Part shown: positions 1-11,165 of the stretch, piece after piece | How the letters are laid out: each line of letters starts with the position of its first letter | Position numbering within the stretch: the first letter of the stretch is position 1 | From: Antedon mediterranea | Lineage: Eukaryota; Animalia; Echinodermata | Length of the DNA stretch: 64,000 nucleotides | Assembly (NCBI RefSeq): GCF_964355755.1 | Contig: NC_092679.1 | Span: forward strand, 10,213,432-10,277,431 | Direction: 5' to 3' | The notes under the pieces: generated by a model | Told to the model about the DNA's origin: nothing | The model's input: the letters and a program-made list of their open reading frames with translations, nothing else | Database searches by the model: none | Position numbers and translations under genes: made by a program

Positions 1-189
1 TGCCAACCGCATTGCTTTGATCTTTTGCGTACTTTAATGTTGGTTCTAAAAGAAAAACCTTCCATCTAGATAAAAATCCATCTGAAATAGCATCTCCATA
101 TTTAATATTAAAATCAAGATTTATCTGTGGGAAAACAATGGTAAAAGACAAGTGATCAATATGTGAATAATGTCATTGTGTTAAGTTAC

Positions 190-685
190 GGTGTATTGTC
201 GAGCGGTAAGGCAGGGGCACCACAGACCATAACCAGTGAGCCTCGAACCCATAGGCATGGCTTCGAGGCTCACTAGCTCCATTATTCTGGTGGTAGAACA
301 AGTCTTCTCGGATAAGGACTAAACCGTCCAGTATACACACACAAGCAGAATTCGAAAATATAAACCTATAGTACATCTTTCAAAAAAGAATAGAAGTTTA
401 CCCCGGTGTACTAGTCCACACAGCCCGTCGTCTAGTCTGGGTTCCAGACGGAGTTTTGTCTTAATATTAGTAAAAAAATAAATATTTTGGCACATATGGC
501 GTTTCATACGTATACTACTTGAGACAAAAATTGAAATAAAAACAAATAAATAAAAAAAAAAGACAATGAATACAGACTTGGGGCAAATCTGCCCGTCGTC
601 ATGGTAGATTCTGCACTGTGTCTGCCGTGATCTTCAGCTTCCAGTTAAGCTGAAGTCCAATTTATATACCGTAAATAATAGATTT
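190..685 (+). mobile_element. tRNA-headed SINE with Deu/Nin-like central domain, interrupted by a MITE at 433-590
   Basis: A-box-like TTGTCGAGCGGTAAGG (~196-211) and B-box-like GGCTTCGAGGCTC (~259-271). The body GGATAAGGACTAAACCG...AGTACATCTTTC...TTACCCCGGTGT resembles my recollection of the DeuSINE domain. A-rich end at ~672-685. Confidence 0.5.
433..590. mobile_element. 158-bp non-autonomous AcademH-type element; deletion derivative of 45373-46339
   Basis: Starts TAGTCTGGG. Perfect 10-bp TSD GCCCGTCGTC at 423-432 and 591-600. The first ~90 bp and last ~70 bp match the two ends of 45373-46339. Confidence 0.75.
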
Positions 686-1649
686 ACAGCCATCACTCTT
701 AAATCATCATTGAAAACATCTTACAAATGAGGGCATGTCCTTTATTCATGGGAACATCTCCAGCACTTCAGTAATCGTTGGATTTTAGTTGTTATTATAG
801 TGAACCTCATGGTGGCTGTCTCCTTAAAATATGCTTTTATTTGAGCATTATTTTCTTAATTAGGTGGATGGTACTTAATACATTCAAACTTAAATAAAGT
901 TATTTGTATATATAAAATATATTTATATTTATAGACAGGTTCCATTTCTCAAAAAAACGGCCTAGAAAACGAATCAAGAAGCATTTTTGGGTAGAAGCTG
1001 GGATCCACTTGATTTAGGATATTTCGACCTCGCTGATTACGAATATGGCGGATCCCAAGCGAAATTCGGCCATCTAAGCCCTTAATTTGCATAAATAAAA
1101 ATGGCGGCCATTTTTAATAATTACCTTATATCTCGAGAACCACTAGTCACAGATAATTAATTTTGGTCTCAAAATGTTTTAAATATATGTTTTTATATTC
1201 ACTTTAATGACACATTTTCTCAAAAAATGGATGCAAGTTTTATTTCTGACATTTTGACCTTTGACCTTGATTTATTGTATCTCAGTAACCAATAATCGGA
1301 GAGACACGAAATAGGGCTCAAATTGTTCAGAAACTATACATTCATATTTATTATAATGAAATGTTTTTACAAAAAATGGCCGATTCTACAACTATTGACC
1401 TTTGAACTATTAGTCAAATATAATAATATAACTTTGAAAATTGTGGTCTTATGAATTTTTTTTTCTTTTTAAATTGTTTAAAACATGTGTGTTTCTATCC
1501 AGTCTAATGGCACATTTTGTACAAGAATGGCCGATAGTATGGTTATTGACCTTTAAACTATAGCATAGGCCTACTGTATACTAAATAATATAATTGCATA
1601 ACTATGAAATTATTTATACACAATAATAATTAGTAAAATTATAAAATTC

Positions 1650-2100
1650 ATTGCCATCAAATATTATGTGTTATGATTTATATAGATTTTAAAAAAAATT
1701 GAACGCGCAAGTTACATTTGTTGAAATTTGAAATTTGAAATTACCTGCCATCAATATGATGGAGTATGATTATAGATTTTTTTAAATGTGAACATGTCAG
1801 CTACATTTGGAAATTAACTGCCATCAATATGATGGATTATGATTATAGATTTAAAAAAGAATTTGAACACATCAGCTACATTTGGAAATTTGGAAATTAC
1901 CTGCCATCAATATGATGGATTATGATTGTATAGAGGCCTACCTGCCATCAATATGATGGATTATGATTATAGATTTAAAAAAGAATTTGAACACGTACTA
2001 AGCTACATTTGAAAATTACCTGCCATCAATATGATGGATTATGATTGTATAGATTTAAAAGAAAATGTGAACACGTAAGCTACATTTGGAATGAACATGT
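1650..2100. repeat. Minisatellite (~75-bp units, some shortened) in the left Academ arm
   Basis: Core TACCTGCCATCAATATGATGGATTATGATT recurs; 6 GCCATCAA cores counted. Confidence 0.85.
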
Positions 2101-2119
2101 TAAGGGAATCAGTTTAAGA

Positions 2120-3225
2120 TCATTCATGCAAAGGTTTGGCGTCATCTTTAGCGTTGTTACAGCGGCATAAAGCTGTACATGGTAGTTTTGACTTCTTGCA
2201 CCTACATCTATTGGTTATGCATCGTGTCTTGCATCCACAATAAATCATCTCTAACGAAGCAGTAGGAATAGTTTCATTTTTCAGAAGCACTGGTTGAAGT
2301 TTACCATTAGATAGCTCCCACCCAAAATCTGTTGGTGATGGCAAATGCTGGATTGGCGATACAGCTTTTTTCCATACGAGTGCTTGGAAGTGTGCTCTTT
2401 TTATATGTTGGTGCACTGCATCGCTTGTTGGAGGTAATGCCTCCGGTTTTGTTTTTTTTTTAAAAAGCCTAACTTCATTGGTACTTTTAACTTGACAAAC
2501 ACCGTAAACGTAGCAAATGAATCTTTCCGATTTCATAATAACTTGGTCACTGATAGGTTTTCTCCCAGGTCTTTAATTAGTTCATAATTTTTTTTAATAC
2601 TTCCCATGCCGATGCCTTTGAGTGACCACTTAGATATGAACAGGGAAGAGTTAAATTACTGTATGTATGTATTAATGTAATTTAACTCTTCCCTGGATAT
2701 GAGGTAGTATCGCATCCACTAATAGTGTGGAATGGAATCAGTGCTTTTGCATAACCCTCGGGCAAGGCTTGAAAAATGTCTTTTATAGATACTTTCTTTT
2801 TTTTGGATGTCCCTGTCATCATCCATTTGGATACCATTCTTTGGTAGTGAGACACTAGAATCACTAGTACGTCTGTATCCCTAGAAGCAACTACAACTGT
2901 GTCGTATCGGACATTGGCAGCATGACAAGTCTCGTGTCGATTCTTCATGATCTGCGACCAGAGACAACGTATTCGTGTAGACTTTTGATGATTTAAAAAC
3001 TGATTCTTTCATAAATCCACCAGCTGTGACAATTTCTTTGTCTATAGGAGCTTGACGAATCAACTCCTCTGATAGAAATCGTGCCAGATCTGCTTTATTA
3101 TCTTGTAATGCCAAAAAGTTTGACCAGCAATTTGGCAGCGGTATTTCACCACTTTCTATAATTCGACGAATTGGTCTCTGTGTTTTGGTTCATCTTTGTC
3201 TAGTGGTGCCCTTTATCGACAGTTT
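2120..3225 (-). pseudogene. Academ protein C-terminal region: XPG/FEN1-like nuclease domain plus Cys-rich zinc finger, frameshifted
   Basis: SIKGTTRQR..WSNFLALQDNKADLARFL..DHEE.TR..SRDTDVLVIL..FHTISGCDTTS..GK..ALPPT..HIKRAHFQALVWK..GW..CGCKTRCITNRCRCKKSKLPCTALCRC, read across ORFs 2881-3114, 2682-2948 and 2120-2536. Confidence 0.85.
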
Positions 3226-3240
3226 TAAGTTAGGCATGCC

Positions 3241-3624
3241 ATGTTAAAAAAAACAAAACCAGAGGCATTACCTCCAACAAGCGATGCAGTGCACCAACAT
3301 ATAAAAAGAGCACACTTCCAAGCACTCGTATGGAAAAAAGCTGTATCGCCAATCCAGCATTTGCCATCACCAACAGATTTTGGGTGGGAGCTATCTAATG
3401 GTAAACTTCAACCAGTGCTTATGAAAAATGAAGCTATTCCTACTGCTTCGTTAGAGATGATTTACTGTGGATGCAAGACACGATGCATAACCAATAGATG
3501 TAGGTGCAAGAAGTCAAAACTACCATGTACAGCTTTATGCCGCTGTAACAACGCTAAAGATAACGGAAACCTTTGCATGAATGATCTTAAACTGATGCCC
3601 TTAACATGTTCATTCCAAATGTAG
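3241..3624 (+). pseudogene. Inverted duplicate of the Academ C-terminus (LPPT...Cys-rich finger), open 127-codon frame
   Basis: Nearly identical in protein to 2120-2460 on the minus strand. It lies in the right arm of the palindrome. Confidence 0.85.
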
Positions 3625-4130
3625 CTTACGTGTTCACATTTTCTTTTAAATCTATACAATCATAATCCATCATATTGATGGTAGGTAATTTTCAAATGTA
3701 GCTTAGTACGTGTTCAAATTCTTTTTTAAATCTATAATCATAATCCATCATATTGATGGCAGGTAGGCCTACTATACAATCATAATCCATCATATTGATG
3801 GCAGGTAATTTCCAAATTTCCAAATGTAGCTGATGTGTTCAAATTCTTTTTTAAATCTATAATCATAATCCATCATATTGATGGCAGGTAATTTTCAAAT
3901 GTAGATTACGTGTTCAAATTCTTTTTTAAATCTATAATCATAATTCATCATATTGATGGCAGGTAATTTCCAAATGTAGCTGAAATGTTCACATTTTAAA
4001 AAATCTATAATCATACTCCATCATATTGATGGCAGGTAATTTCAAATTTCAAATTTCAACAAATGTAACTTGCGTGTTCAAATTTTTTTTTAATCTATAT
4101 AAATCATAACACATAATATTTGATGGCAGT
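3610..4130. repeat. Inverted copy of the same minisatellite in the right Academ arm
   Basis: AATCATAATCCATCATATTGATGGCAGGTA recurs; 7 TTGATGG cores counted. Confidence 0.85.
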
Positions 4131-7100
4131 GAATTTTATAATTTTACTAATTATTATTGTGTATAAATAATTTCATAGTTATGCAATTATATTATATTTA
4201 GTATACAGTAGGCCTATGCTATAGTTTAAAGGTCAATAACCATACTATCGGCCATTCTTGTACAAAATGTGCCATTAGACTGGATAGAAACACACATGTT
4301 TTAAACAATTTAAAAAGAAAAAAAATTCATAAGACCACAATTTTCAAAGTTATATTATTATATTTGACTAATAGTTCAAAGGTCAATAGTTGTAGAATCG
4401 GCCATTTTTTGTAAAAACATTTCATTATAATAAATATGAATGTATAGTTTCTGAAAAATTTAAGCCCTATTTCGTGTCTCTCCGATTATTGGTTACTGAG
4501 ATACGATAAATCAAGGTCAAAGGTCAAAATGTCAGAAATAAGACTTGCATCCATTTTTTGAGAAAATTTGTCATTAAAGTGAATATAAAAACATATATTT
4601 AAAACATTTTGAGACAAAAATTAATTATCTGTGACTAGTGGTTCTCGAGATATAGGGTAATTATAAAAAATGGCCGCCATTTTCAATTATGCAAATTAAG
4701 GGCTTAGATGGCCGAATTTCGCTTGGGATCCGCCATATTCGTAATCAGCGAGGTCAAAATATCCTAAATCAAGTGGATCCCAGCTTCTACCCAAAAATGC
4801 TTCTTACACCATATTTCAGAGGAAATAGAACTTGTCTATTAAGGAAACAAAATTGAACAATTCAGTATTTGAAAACAAAGGAAATAAGATAAATGCTTTC
4901 AAGATATTTATATAAAGTTAATATTTCAGTTTTTCTTCTCTGCGAAAGAGTTTTGTTTATAATGTAATACCGAAAATCTAAATTAACTTTAGTAAAGTTA
5001 AAAACTGAATGGTTGACTAAATTACCTCTGTTCTTCGAGCAAAAAATGTGTAAAGTTGTATCATTTCTATTAAATTATTCTAGCGTTAAAATAAATCACC
5101 TTTTGTAGAAGCTCAGCTGTAGGTTCACAATCATGTAGTGTGCCATTACTACTTGTTTCAGTTGCTGTGATCTTCCGCTTGGTCTTCTCTGGTTTTCTTT
5201 TTTCTGCAGCCATAGGAACCCGAAGGGTTTTAAGTCTGTACTCAATGAAGCCCGACCCTTCATTGTAGAAATGTTCCTGCATATAACAAAAACCACTTGA
5301 TTACAAAGAGGTACAAGTTTTTAAAAATTGTAAAAATTTAAAAAAACTAGATGGTACGCGAGCGAAGCGAGCGTACAATCTAGGTCGTGTCCAAAGATGG
5401 TTCTCGAATACACATTTCAGCGTAAAAAATGTACGTACCACAGGACTATAATAGTACATTGTCTTTTACAGAAACGAATAAATAGACACGATGATTTATG
5501 TAAAATTAGCACCCTGGGAATTATCTTAAAAATGAGTCCAATTGTTTTATTTGAACTCATTTAAACAAACCCAATTTGTGTTTTGTATATAACATTTGAG
5601 AGTTGAGTTAAGAGATGGGGAAGAGGATGGGAAGTCAGTCAGCAACGAAATATTGTTTTAAATATACCACTAAACACAGTAAAACATTTACGATTTATCA
5701 TACTTTTTTAAAACTGTCCCTGTTATAGTCGATTGAAATAGTAAAGTACATATAACGATACACCACTACGACGTTTATATTTTTTATAATTATTAATTAA
5801 TACAAACGTTGAGAAGTGTCAGTAATCTACCCACAGTCACAGTAATAATTTTGCCCTTACGTAAATTGATATATAGATACACAAATATTGTTCCCAATTT
5901 GACTTGGTTGTGGACAGTTTTTTATTAGTAGAAATACTGTACCATCATTTTTGTTTAAATAATCTCTTGACCTATTTTGTAAACATTTTTTTTCTGCAAA
6001 CATATACCCTTAGGGTGTAGGCCTACTTTTTGTTACATGGCCTGTTGCATTTATTTACTCTACGCTTATAAATATAGTTTCATCTATATATAAATTATGG
6101 TTAATTCTGACATAGCCAAGCACAATGCAAAAACTTCGGTACAAATCTCCGCCTTGGATACCTACCTTATCTATCTCAGATGTACCGCGAAAGGTAGATT
6201 TGATAACATTAGTTTTCACATCGACGCTATTGTTCCATATTTCTATCTTAGGAAGATATTATAAAGAGTTTTTTAACAAAATTTATGATTTCAATAGTAG
6301 ATTTTCAACTCAATTTCAAATCTTCGCGGTCAAAGTAATTTCCGGGTTCACCTTGCAACAACCTGGTTTCAACTATTTTCTCTCTTTTATACACAAGGTA
6401 CCAGTTAAAATAATATATTTGACCCTAAAGGTGACTGGAAACAGGCACTTCCCATCAATCAACAAAGTGTTCCTTTGGAAGAAGGAAGAAAAAAACAGAT
6501 AGTATGACAGGAGCTTAAGTTGGCCATTAGCCATAGCCATTTCAGTTGTTTGCTTATTTTAGGAACGGACCGCGCGTGTTTGAAGGTACAGTAGTTAAAA
6601 AATAAAAATTATACTGCAAATTAATAAAGATCAAATTAAATATACGCCATCAAGGATCGGAATATATTGTGGGAAATAGTATTATAAAATTACATAAGGA
6701 GATTTGATGATAAGACATTTTGTTTAAAATCGAGTGAAATCCCGATAGTTGATTGAGTAAGCTGGCAGGAATAACTGTAGGCTATCTTTGTCCCGTTAGG
6801 ACCGAGATGTCTGCCCATGTTGCAAGCCGTAATGTCTTCTTTCTTGGGCCCACTCTGTCACGGCAGTTAGTTTCAAAAGATGTTTAAATTAAATAATGTA
6901 TTAATAATTATTAGGATGGTATTTATTTGAATAAACGCCTCTCCAATAAAACATCACTTAGAGTGATATCTATTAGAGGATTTCATTTGATTATAAATGT
7001 TACCATATTATTAAAACTAAAAAAATTAATATATATCCCTCGAATAAGCACCTCCTTCAAATGAACTCCGCCTCCCCAAACAATAAACACTATACTTTAA

Positions 7101-8049
7101 AATGTTATTAATCATCTAAAACACTGTGAAACAGAGTAGTTTAGTTTTACGAATGTCAAGCATTTTCAATATTGGTAACCGACAGAAATTGTACAAGGAG
7201 AACATTTTTATCATTCCCAGAACCATCGTCTACACTTCCTAGAGGGGGAGCGAGCTAAGTGACTAGTAATATAAATGATGGCAAGGATACCTTCTGACTT
7301 GTTGTAGGATATATATAAAAATACATTGATTTGAAATTACATCCATTTTTATTTACCAACATTAAAAAAACTGTATAATTAGTGGCCTACTTACAGTCCT
7401 CTCCCACCTCTTTCAGCCACAGTTATCTGGATCAGTTTTTTTTTTTTTTTGCATTTGCAGATTGCATTTTATTTTATTTTGATTTGACTCATTAAGTAGA
7501 TCCTTTCCATTGACATATGTTTTCCAGAATCTCCATAATATTGTAATCCTGGGTTAAAACAAAATGATTATACCTTTTCATTTGCACCATAAGTAAAACG
7601 GAGGTGTCAATAAAAGTGTACTCCAACCTGATGGCAAAGATGACCGTGATTAAGAGTGGATGGAGACAGCGGAAGTGTGGGTATGTCCAGATCAGATGAC
7701 ATTGATCTGGAGGGCGATGACGATACATCTGAGCTTGGTGGTTACAGTGACTTTAAAACTGCAATTGATAACCGACGCCTTTCACCAAACGTAGCCACAC
7801 CTATTTGTAAAAAATCTGCTTCTGTCATGGTTTCTATACACTGCAGGTCAATATTATTATCTACAAAGAAAACTAATTAATAACGTTAAAATACCTGTTG
7901 CATAAAAACAAACAAATGATCAATATGTATTTTATACCAAGATAAATCAATAGAATTTGTAATCATGGTCAAAACAGCCATCAAAATACATTGCTACACA
8001 CATTATTTTTTAATCTTTTGATGACTATAGTACTGTTCCACAATAAGTA

Positions 8050-9030
8050 GTTAAGAATGTATGATGCTACGTAGAGAGATGTAGGATTTCGTATCAAGTT
8101 CACAATATGTATACAAAGCAGATTGCGGAAGTTGATCCTTTAGTTCATTAGGTACTACAGTAGTAAATACAGCAGGATTATCAACAACTACTACAAATGT
8201 GGAACATAATCTAATGTTAAGCATTTTTGTAAAACAAAATGTACAGCCTGTTGTCCACGTACTAAAATTGCCATAGCCACATCTATAATGACAAACAAGC
8301 GAGGAATGTACGATGTGCCAAAAACTTTACCTTCTGTTGCAACAAAAACATCATTATCCATATTTAAATTCAATTTGTCCATGATTACAGCAGATCCTGG
8401 CAGGTCTCTTACTTTAACAACATTTCCCGATTTACACTCGATTTCAAATAAATTCCTAGGATTAATCCAAACTGCTGCTTGTAAAATTTGATGTTTGTTT
8501 GCTACAGACAAGCGAAGTTTTTAAAATTACAGTCACGTCACATGTCCAATTTGTTTGCTATAATTGTGCTTCATTTCATATTTTAGGCATGCAACATTAA
8601 ACAGGGGGCCGCAGGCGATAATGTCAGACGGATAATGATGATGTTTGTTTATCAAGTTAAATTCTAGAAATAGTTCTTTAAATATTTTATGATGTTCAGC
8701 AATTAGATGCTTTAAATACAGAACTTGGAATACATGTATGGATAGGCAAATAAAATGTCCATACACCTTAGCAAGAGGAGTAGCAAATTGTAGTATGCAT
8801 TACTGACAGGAACTTTGTCCCCAATCAAAAATGGAAGCGCCCTAATAAAACAACCCATTTGAATAGCCTCGTGGCTCATCTTGTGGTCATTTAAATTTAC
8901 AAAGCATGCTCTCGTAATAGAAGATGGTTTCTTTTTAACATCAATAGGCATATGAAAATTACTTTAATCTTCGATTTAATTCGTCAAGGGTAAAAAAATG
9001 GTCTCAATTATCAGTTTATTTCTAGATCTG
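8050..9030 (-). pseudogene. EnSpm/CMC-type transposase, C-terminal part, frameshifted
   Basis: ORF pieces 8712-8951, 8533-8766 and 8191-8511 join into A.QM.CFIRALPFLIGD...LIAEHHKIFKELF...KHHHYPSDIIACGPL...CLKYEMKH...NFKN...SVANKHQ. This matches the KxHxxxHYxxxIxxxGPL...(R/K)(F/Y)ExKH motif of animal EnSpm-like transposases. Confidence 0.8.
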
Positions 9031-9036
9031 AGTTTT

Positions 9037-10620
9037 CTAGACACCCCTTGAAACAGGCATAGTGATGGTATTAGAGTAGATCCAATTTTTAAATCGGGCA
9101 ATAAAAGTGACGTCAGTGATTATAGGCCCATCTCTATTCTGCCTACCGCTTAAAAAATCCTTGAAAAAATTGTTTAAATTAGAGTAAATAATTATATCAC
9201 AAGGTTTAACATCCTTAATAATGCACAATATGGTTTCAGAAAAAAACAGTTATACTTTTTTTTTTCTCTCTTTTGTGGCGTTAACCACTATTTATTCATT
9301 TCATTTCATCAACAGATTAATACAATTATTTCTAATAATAATAATAACTATTCATTGTTATTCTTACTTTTGTTTGGTTTATATATATATATACATATAT
9401 ATATTTTTTTTTTTTTTTTTTTTTTTTTTATTTTATCAACGTTACTGTTCTTGGAATCAAAGCATTATTTCTTTTCTGTTATCCACCTTTTTTCATAAAT
9501 TTCTAGTATTTTTTTTTGTTCTATAATTCTCAACATCTAAAATTGTGAACACTTAACTAATAAATGTACTGTAGGAGATACATTTACTAATTTTGTATAG
9601 TTATTTTCGGTAGTATTTTGACATATAATTCATTTATACCCTATATACAGATTATATACATTATTTTAAAATACGAATATAAAAAAAAAAAAAAAAAAAA
9701 TATTAAAAATGCTTTTCTTACTCCTGTGTCTAGTTTTATGTCTCATGGTTATATTTGTTTGCTTATCTTCTCGTGCGTTACTTATGTTGCGTTACGTTTC
9801 TTTTTTGTTTTCAATATTAATTTATACAATTTTTTTTTTTTAATTTATATTTCATATAAGATAAAATGAAACTGCCTATGTGTATTATACAACATTATTA
9901 TGTAATATATTTTAAATAATCAGATTCACATCAATATAAATTATAATAGGTGGTTAAGGTAAGATCTTTTGTTTTTTTCCGCCATAAAAAGACGAGACAA
10001 TGATCCGGTCCATTTGTTTACATTTTTCAAAGTATGTGCCTTGTAAACGCAGAAGCATCCAATAGAGAACATGTGGTCTACATATTTGTTTCCTGTACCT
10101 AGTACAATGTTTCGATAATTTGCCTCGATCCCAAATTTGTGCATGGTGTAAACGTTAATATATTCCCATAAGGGTTTTACTTCAGTGCATTCATAAAAGA
10201 AATGGGCATCATCCTCTACTACGTTGCATTGTAGGCAAGTATCTGTGTTGCTTATTTTCCATTTTAACAGCCTTCTTTTGGTAGGTGTTATACAATGCAA
10301 TAGTTTGATGTTCAACTGTTTAAGTTTATTATCTTTAATATCTTTAATTTTTCTTTTCCATGTTACAGACCAATCGTTATACTTTTATGGCCGTTATAGG
10401 TCTGGTTGAACGAATTACCGATGCGCTTGATAAGAAAAAAATTCCATCGGAATATTTATTGATTTGTCAAAAGCTTTGACACCATCAACCATGATATTCT
10501 TCTAAAAAAAATTGGAACACTATGTCATAAGAGGTACGGCACTCAACTGAAACTATATTAGTGGAAGGAAACAATTTAGGTCTATTGATAACACAAGTTC
10601 GTGTTTGATGGATATAAATG
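9037..10620 (+). mobile_element. CR1-group LINE RT fragment, split by a Tx1 insertion
   Basis: 9075-9250 reads PIFKSGNKSDVSDYRPISILP...NNAQYGFRK. From 10376 it reads YTFMAVIGLVERITDALD..GIFIDLSKA..DTINHDILLKKLEHY. Confidence 0.8.
9260..10375 (-). mobile_element. 5'-truncated Tx1/L1-clade LINE 3' end (zf-RVT, AT-rich 3'UTR, poly-A)
   Basis: ORF 9941-10315 KLLHCITPT..L.KWKI..TDTCLQCNVVEDDAHFFYEC..VKPLW. T-run at 9256-9265. TSD GTTATACTTTT at 9249-9259 and 10376-10386. Confidence 0.8.
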
Positions 10621-11037
10621 TCTGGCACATAGGCTTAGAGTAATATTGAGCCAGAGAACAATCAGATAGAACCCTTAATTGACAATACAGGTGTGCTTAA
10701 AGGACCATCAGATCATGATAACGGTAGTGCTATGCCAAGGTGCCTTAAACCCAAAGAAAGTCTAACTGTAGTAGACAAAACAGTAAATGTTAGAAGATCA
10801 TCCAGAAAAAGTAGGCCGCCTGAACGTTGGGGTTTTAAGAACGATGTTAATACTGTGTACTAAATAATAATATACTGCGTTTTTTAAGCGGGGGAGAATG
10901 TGTTGACATGTTGCACCATCTTTAATCATTCGTATCACGAAAGTTGTTGTTTATGTAATGTTGTTCACATTTAGTTGATTAAAACCTTATACAGGTAGAT
11001 GAAGTCTTTTCTCTTTATTGCTAATCACACTATAACA
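10620..11037 (+). mobile_element. 3' end of a Gypsy LTR retrotransposon: integrase tail, PPT and short 3' LTR (10899-11037)
   Basis: VRRSSRKSRPPERWGF integrase-tail motif (~10788-10836). PPT AAGCGGGGGAGAA sits directly before TGTGTTG. The LTR contains ATTAAA and ends TATAACA. Confidence 0.65.
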
Positions 11038-11165
11038 GGTACGTTCTACATCATAAACATCAGATAAGCCGTTGATTTTATCGCCCAAAACGTGCCAATA
11101 TTCGTTATAACGGTAAAGAAGGCCGTCCACTAGAGAAAGTTTATACGATTACGATATTCTGTCAC

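Larger units (their letters stand above)
932..4838. mobile_element. Non-autonomous AcademX transposon forming a fold-back with ~1.5-kb inverted arms
   Basis: Termini TAGACAGGTTCCATTTC ... GAAATAGAACTTGTCTA with 3-bp TSD TTA (929-931 and 4839-4841). Arms 976-2475 and 3227-4805 are near-identical reverse complements. It carries the XPG-like and Cys-rich coding remnants typical of Academ proteins. Confidence 0.85.
1..7860 (-). pseudogene. Spliced SAM-domain (SAMD3-like) accessory gene of the EnSpm element
   Basis: After a ttttctttgtAG acceptor (exon starts 7860) it reads NNIDLQCIETMTEADFLQIGVATFGERRRLSIAV, which is SAM-like. Later pieces read KLIQITVAE (followed by a gtaagt donor, ~7390), YPTTSQKVSL (~7310), EHFYNEGSGFIEYRLKTLR (5279-5220, after a cAG acceptor), IKAYFKETATMR...TITEVLEMFP*IKDMP (~850-730) and DGFLSRW (~80). 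Stops and frameshifts are present. Confidence 0.6.
1..9030 (-). mobile_element. Degenerate EnSpm/CACTA (CMC)-type DNA transposon: transposase 3' half followed by a spliced SAM-domain gene; runs off the window start and is truncated on the right
   Basis: A transposase remnant at ~8050-9030 is followed on the same strand by SAMD3-like exons at ~7860-7630, ~7430-7390, ~7310-7200, ~5280-5100, ~870-720 and ~100-1. No termini are visible. Confidence 0.7.

Noticed and set aside
3241-3624. Host tesmin/TSO1 CXC or metallothionein-like gene
   Set aside because: It is the Cys-rich C-terminus of an Academ protein inside TSD-bounded inverted arms.
6125-6502. 125-aa ORF
   Set aside because: No recognisable motif on either strand; I cannot support a call.
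9221-9869. Hydrophobic F/I/Y-rich ORFs
   Set aside because: They are the low-complexity antisense of the Tx1 3'UTR.
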